DNA of 64,000 bases from IMG/VR virus record IMGVR_UViG_3300048503_000037. One strand, 5' to 3'. The position numbers and the translations under genes are program-made. The notes beneath the pieces are model-generated. The model saw only the letters and a list, made by a program, of their open reading frames with translations. It had not been told where the DNA came from and did not search any database. Below, in pieces: positions 58,894 to 64,000 of the stretch; the first letter of the stretch is position 1; the number at the start of each line of letters is the position of its first letter. Origin of the DNA: an uncultured virus (IMG/VR IMGVR_UViG_3300048503_000037) (Duplodnaviria; Heunggongvirae; Uroviricota; Caudoviricetes).

Positions 58894-59811
58894 TTACTTG
58901 CAGTTCCAGCTAAAGCTGTACGCTGTGGTGCTGGCCAGCGCCGAGGCCACAGAGACCGTCATAATGCCGTGGCTTGAGTAGGAGTTCGTCACGGTCAGGG
59001 TTGGCGGTGCTGTCGCTCCAGTGCTCGTGACCGTGCAAGAGCCTGGTGCAGCTTGGAACTGGCCGCTGTTCGCCCAAGTCTCGGTGAATACAGTGCCAGT
59101 GGTCGCGGTGCCGGTGGTGAATGAATAGGTGCCAGAGAGAGCGGTGCCTGTCGCAACTTTGCTGGTCGCGGTGCCTGCGGCCGCGCCTGTCGCCGCGGTC
59201 GGGGCGGTGTTGACCCATGTTCCAGAGGCATACGCCGATCCATTCCAGACGTAGTAGGTCGGCCCGAGAGTCGTGACGTCTTCGACTATCACCGACGCAT
59301 CACCCTTGGCCGCGCCGAGAATGGTAGCCGCCGTGGTCCCAGGGATCTGGTTGGCGATCGTCCACCAGTTCTTATCCAAGAGCAAAAGCGCAGGCCATGC
59401 GCCCTGCCCGTCGAGAGCGTTGATGCCCTCTTGGAGTCCGGCAGTGCCTGATTTCATCTGGAAGGTGTAGTGATTGTGGCTTGGCGCTACGGTCGCACCG
59501 CAACTGCCGGCGGTATTCACGATGGCCGATGGCGTCACAACCTCCGAGTTGCTGGAGTTCGAGTCCGCAATCAGCACAGGCGCATTGGTGTTGAACACGA
59601 AGAAGTTGAGGTTTTGCCCTTGGCTGTTGCAGAGGCTGCGGCCCTGGAAGATGTAGGTGTTGGGGCTCTGCTGGTTGATCGACCAGAGTTGGAAGCTGGT
59701 GGCGTAGTACCAGGGCGCGGTGAACGGGGTAACGGCGGTTTGCGCTGACACTGGGGCCGCGCAGATGGCGGCAAGGATCAGCGCGACGATGGAGAACAAT
59801 GCTTTGCGCAT
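58894..59811 (-). CDS. secreted paralog A (candidate major subunit)
   Basis: MRKALFSIVALILAAICAAPVSA-Q; SGTAGLQEGINAL; AAGGAG RBS. Confidence 0.75.
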   Translation of the reverse strand: MRKALFSIVALILAAICAAPVSAQTAVTPFTAPWYYATSFQLWSINQQSPNTYIFQGRSLCNSQGQNLNFFVFNTNAPVLIADSNSSNSEVVTPSAIVNTAGSCGATVAPSHNHYTFQMKSGTAGLQEGINALDGQGAWPALLLLDKNWWTIANQIPGTTAATILGAAKGDASVIVEDVTTLGPTYYVWNGSAYASGTWVNTAPTAATGAAAGTATSKVATGTALSGTYSFTTGTATTGTVFTETWANSGQFQAAPGSCTVTSTGATAPPTLTVTNSYSSHGIMTVSVASALASTTAYSFSWNCK

Positions 59812-59840
59812 GGCTGTGAAACTCCTTTGATGGTTGATGG

Positions 59841-61535
59841 TTAGAGTGGAAGCTCGATCCACGATAGAAGCGTCGGGGTCGGCGTAGTTCCGTAGTTGGC
59901 GAGCGTTGCCCCGTAACTAGCGCCAGCGGGCACGAGGAACGTCACTCCAGCATTACTCGGGCCTGCCGCATCACAGTTGTAGACTCCGGCTGAGATTACA
60001 TTGACCGCAGCACTGACACCTGTGACGACAAACCCGCTACCAACGCAATTGGTTGCCTCTTGCACGGTGATCTCAACAAGCAGCGGTACTGTGCCTGCCG
60101 TGTATGAGCTGCCGAGCGCCCGAGAGCCAGTTACGTTGGTCTGGGTGACTGCCAGCGCGCACGGGACCGTAGCGGGGGCAATGTTCCCAGCGCCGTCATA
60201 GGTTGCGCAGTTCGTCGATGCGCCTGGAGTTGCAGTCTCAGTAGGAATCAGATTGCCTGTTCCTGGAGTATTCAGGTCAATCGTGGTTCTCGCTGGGGAT
60301 GCAGAATCGGTAGCCGTGAACCGCTGAGTGAAGTTAAGGGTCGGCCGCTGTGTCTGCGCGACACCGTTGGCTGCCACGGTTTGATAGAAGAGACTTGGCG
60401 CTCCGGTCAGAATCGAGTAGGGCAGCGTCGGCGAATCCACATAAGCCGTGCCATTGCCAAGCAACACGTGATTGAGCGGTGCCAGACCGTTGAACAGATA
60501 GCCGGTGGCCGCGTTGACCGCGCCATTGATCCCGGCTCCCTCTACGTCCACACCCCAGCCAGGGAAGTTGGTGCCGACGCCGAACTTGCCCACGCCGGTG
60601 ACGTTGTAGCCGCCGAAGTTCAGCGGGCCTGAGATGCTCTGCTGTCCGTGGTTGGCTGGCTGAGACAGGATTGGCACAGGGTAGAACACCACGCCATGAT
60701 AGTAAGGCAGTCCAGTCGACAGGTTGTAAGTGCTGCCCGGTCCAAGCAGTTGCCACTGCATGGGGTAGTTGGGAACTGGATTGCCGTTGACCGTGACCAT
60801 CGACACGTTGTAGCCGGTGCCGGTCGGCCATACTGCATCGTTGGCCACCACTTGGCACAGCGTGGTGTTGGTCGAGGCGGGACTGGAGCCAGAGGTCAAT
60901 GCGGTGGACTGGACGAAAGAGGCCGTCCCAGTTGTTTGACCTTGCAGTGTCTCAGTCCCGCTCGAAGTGGAGATGAATACATCCATCCCAACTGCCAATG
61001 CCGGTACGCCGCTCGATGGCGGGTTGACCACGAGTGTACCGGTGGCACCAAGAGTTGTTGCGGTCTCGGGACTGACCAGAGTCACGTGGCCGGCGGCGTC
61101 ATACCACTCGTAAACCGTGTAGTAGACGCCAGAAGGGAGCGATCCTCCCCCGCTGGTGGTGTTGACCGTCGCTGTTTGGGGGTTCTGGATGCCGACGACA
61201 GAGCCATCGGTCGATGTCGCGCACGTGTTGACCGTGGCGAGGTTGACTCCACATCCTGCGATGAGGCCTTGCTGGCTCGGGGTCAGCGTGAGGATGGAGT
61301 TTGAGGAGGGAATGCCGTTGGCGCTGCGGAGGTTGCCGGTCAGCGTTACCTGGGCATTGGTGATGCAGGTTTGGCTATGCGCCACGATAGTCAACATGCA
61401 GAGGATGATTGGGAGCAACTTGAGCGGCATGAGGTAGTAAGCATTAGCCAGCACCGAGAAGAACAGACGGAAGCCGGGCGGCACGGTCTTAAGTTGGTCG
61501 CCTTGCGCTCTCGATAGCGCTATGGGCGCTGTCAT
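59841..61535 (-). CDS. tail-fibre-like protein with signal peptide (start 61535 or 61430)
   Basis: LKLLPIILCMLTIVAHS-Q; C-terminal NVTGSRALGSSYT...FLVPAGASY...WIEL fibre-tip-like motif. Confidence 0.65.
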   Translation of the reverse strand: MTAPIALSRAQGDQLKTVPPGFRLFFSVLANAYYLMPLKLLPIILCMLTIVAHSQTCITNAQVTLTGNLRSANGIPSSNSILTLTPSQQGLIAGCGVNLATVNTCATSTDGSVVGIQNPQTATVNTTSGGGSLPSGVYYTVYEWYDAAGHVTLVSPETATTLGATGTLVVNPPSSGVPALAVGMDVFISTSSGTETLQGQTTGTASFVQSTALTSGSSPASTNTTLCQVVANDAVWPTGTGYNVSMVTVNGNPVPNYPMQWQLLGPGSTYNLSTGLPYYHGVVFYPVPILSQPANHGQQSISGPLNFGGYNVTGVGKFGVGTNFPGWGVDVEGAGINGAVNAATGYLFNGLAPLNHVLLGNGTAYVDSPTLPYSILTGAPSLFYQTVAANGVAQTQRPTLNFTQRFTATDSASPARTTIDLNTPGTGNLIPTETATPGASTNCATYDGAGNIAPATVPCALAVTQTNVTGSRALGSSYTAGTVPLLVEITVQEATNCVGSGFVVTGVSAAVNVISAGVYNCDAAGPSNAGVTFLVPAGASYGATLANYGTTPTPTLLSWIELPL

Positions 61536-63071
61536 CTGACACTCCCTAGAGGCTCGTCCGACTCGCACATCTCGCAGGTCGTATGCTTGCGTGCGGCGCG
61601 AAGTCTCACAACATCCCCGCTTAAATCGCCGTCGGAAAGCTCAATATGAACCTCCAGGCAACTGTGGCGCGTGGCTTCTGGGATCTCCATACTGCGGGCA
61701 CTCTGCGATTGCCACTGCTTGAGAAATCGGCGAATCTCAGGCTCGACCATCTCCGGGTGACCCACAATCTCGACGATGAGGTATGCACGGCTGACGGGAC
61801 TGGTCACTGTACTGGTGCTCCCACCACGGCCAGTTTGGGCTGGTTGGCCTTCGCAATGGCGTCTTGCTCGGCTTCCAGTTTCTTCTGAGCCTCGGCCGCC
61901 TCGTGTTCGCGCCGCACCGCTTCCTGGTGCTGGAACTCGCTGATCGCGTTCTTGGTCTCGTCCTGGCGGAGCTGGAACTCGGTTTGCAGCATGTTGAGAA
62001 TGCTGCCGTGGACCTGGATGGAGTAGCCGCGCAGGCGCTTGCCGATGGCGATGTACTCAGTTTGGAGGTTGTTGATTGCGGTGGCGACTGGCACGTTGGC
62101 GATGGCGCCGACGCGCTCCTGTAGGCTTTCGGCCTGGTTCTTGCTATTCATGCTTTCCTTTCGATGCCAAGATTGGCGTTGTTGAGATCGTCTGACTGCC
62201 AGTAGGAGCTCCCGCCGACCGTCACAATGAGGTCGCCACGCTTGACGGTTGATGGCAGCTTGCGGTTGAGCAGCAGCGTATTGCCGTCGTCAACCCCCAT
62301 CACCATAGCCCGGCAGCGCACCTTGCGCCCATTCGGGCTGATAATCAACACGTGGTCGCCAACTGAGATCATGACCGCGTTACCTCAGCCTGGCAACTAT
62401 GTAGCCTTCAAGCGTCGTGTCGGATGGGAGATCTGCTCGCGCACCGTCTGCGTCTGTCTTGGACGTGTACCACCCAATCAACTCGACGCCAGTGATCCCC
62501 TCAGTTGGTGACCACGTTTGTTTTAGCAACAACCATACTCTAATCATGGCCGCAACCTGATCCTTTCGGTTTGGTACGTCAGCCGCTGGCCTTCTTCTCC
62601 GCGGCCATTGGGCTTGCACTCAAGATTACACGCCGGCCCGTCGGGGTAGTGCCACATCCACGTCGGCTTGAGCTGCTTCTCGCGGTACTCGCGCGCCGCT
62701 GGGCCCAACAAGATGCGGCCGCAGTTTGGGCACAGCCGAAACTCCACTGCAAACATGGTTCCTGAGCCCCCTGCTTCCCGGTCCAACAAAATCAAACTCT
62801 TGGCAGCTCGCCGGCTTAGGCACCAGAACTCTTGCGGCGTGAACGTCAACCCCGCCGGCAGGTCGTGGGGCGAGAAGGTGTCCAAGTCCGCCGCAGTTGC
62901 AGTCAAGGTCACGAACCACACTCGGCGGCAGACCGGCACCGACCGATACGCCTTCATCCGGCGTCGCCGAACCCAGGCACTGCGCTTCTCCAGCACCGAT
63001 TCCCGCTTGGGGTCGTCCCAATCCTTGTACCTCAAATCTGCCATGCTGGTGGTCCATCGAACCCTCTGCAA
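61532..63071 (-). CDS. run of small hypothetical genes (61532-61807, 61804-62151, 62148-62372, ~62380-62568, ~62544-63044)
   Basis: coupled minus-strand ORFs; some boundaries uncertain. Confidence 0.5.
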
Positions 63072-63156
63072 TCGCTCTCAGGTCAACGTAGAGGCTTGTT
63101 TTTGCCAATTTTTGTGTCTTTGGCATGATTCTTTGCAAGTGCCTCAAAAGTGAGCA

Positions 63157-63532
63157 CTATACAAGTTGCATCACCTTAGCGCCTTGTGGCCCACCGCTCG
63201 GCACACCCTTCCATATCCGCCCATACACGTACACCGCCACGTTGCGCTGGCTCCCGGCCACGTACTTCAATATCCCGTCGCGCACCAGCTTCTCAACCTC
63301 AGCCCGCGTATGGTGACGATGTGTGCACCTGGGACCGTGGCAAGGCTGGTCAACGCCCCACCGCTCCAGCATGGCGCCATGGTGACCATCCAGCACACAC
63401 ACACGCCGCAGTTCTTTGCTCGCCGGCGGCCGCTGCAATCCCTTGGGTTGTTTGGGTGCGTATCTGAAAACTCGGCCCCGAATGTGCGTCTCGACCCTGT
63501 TTCCGGTCTGAATCGTCTCGAAATGAGCCAAG
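63157..63532 (-). CDS. hypothetical protein, first gene after the leftward promoter
   Basis: 3' part of ORF 63157..63996; likely TTG start after AAGAGG. Confidence 0.45.
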
Positions 63533-63702
63533 TAGCCTCTTTTCAGATACCTACGGCTTAATCTGGCCTTTTCGGTCCATGCTATTGAGCCGCATGGCAG
63601 GCAGCAGTCGAGGGCATCGGGCCAGATGGGCGGTGACGCCTCGCGCTCACGATCGGGCGGGGAGTGGCTGTGTGCTTCCCCCTCGTTCCCCCACGATTTC
63701 AG

Positions 63703-63731
63703 ACGATAGAACAGATTGTTCGTGGTGTCAA
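63703..63731 (-). promoter_or_regulatory. sigma70 promoter driving the minus arm
   Basis: TTGACA-17-TATCGT with an AT-rich upstream stretch. Confidence 0.6.
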
Positions 63732-64000
63732 AGTTTATTTTAGCAGCACGCAAGGCGCGGTTTGCATACCCAGCGGCTAAAGCGCGCGGCGAGATCGCTG
63801 TAAAAAACTTCATCGCACAGCAGCAGCTGAAGATTGTTTTGGAGTAACCTCCGCCGAGCCGCATCCACGGTACGTGGAGCGTGAGGTTGGTAACCTCGGG
63901 CGGTACGTAACCCGCCAGAAAGCCTCCCATGAGATATAGCCCCGCCTGGGACCTCTCTACGATACCGCGCGAGCTGGTCCGCGCCGAATACGCCAAGAGC

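Noticed and set aside
63560..63628. Hammerhead ribozyme in the late leader
   Set aside because: Stems ATCTGGCC/GGCCAGAT and GAAA exist, but the CUGANGA core is absent
63533..63996. N-terminal extension of ORF 63157..63996
   Set aside because: It spans a good promoter and structured leader, so it is probably non-coding
1..64000. Integrase, attachment sites, IS elements, rRNA or host chromosomal flanks
   Set aside because: None recognised, so prophage versus free phage cannot be decided from this window

Overview
A single tailed-phage or prophage genome segment with podovirus-like morphogenesis genes. The host is probably Acidobacteriota, inferred from my recognition of the DnaB N-terminus and the A-Q signal-peptide style. 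Two arms converge near 17.1 kb. The + arm (1-17083) holds a DUF1376-type initiator with iterons, an HTH regulator, YqaJ plus RecT/Bet, a 17x24-bp repeat gene, homing-type endonucleases, a Rad50/SbcC ATPase, a cold-shock protein, an adenine methyltransferase, a frameshifted DnaB, and GroES plus GroEL. The - arm (64000 to 17173) holds a ~10.6-kb cassette of signal-peptide-bearing fibre/tailspike-like proteins, a putative lysis region with a Tlde1/DUF2778-like enzyme, portal, scaffold, capsid, tail nozzle, ejection proteins, a ~2,900-aa polyvalent protein, and the terminase genes last. The most striking observations are three. (1) Every fibre or spike-like gene starts with a Sec-type signal peptide, and the cassette includes a three-member paralog family laid out like a fimbrial operon. 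(2) The giant protein carries RelA/SpoT-like, circularly permuted HAD and Acb1-like 2H modules. (3) That same giant gene has a small gene overprinted inside it. Several frame breaks may be sequencing or consensus errors. All family assignments come from motif recognition by eye; no searches were run.
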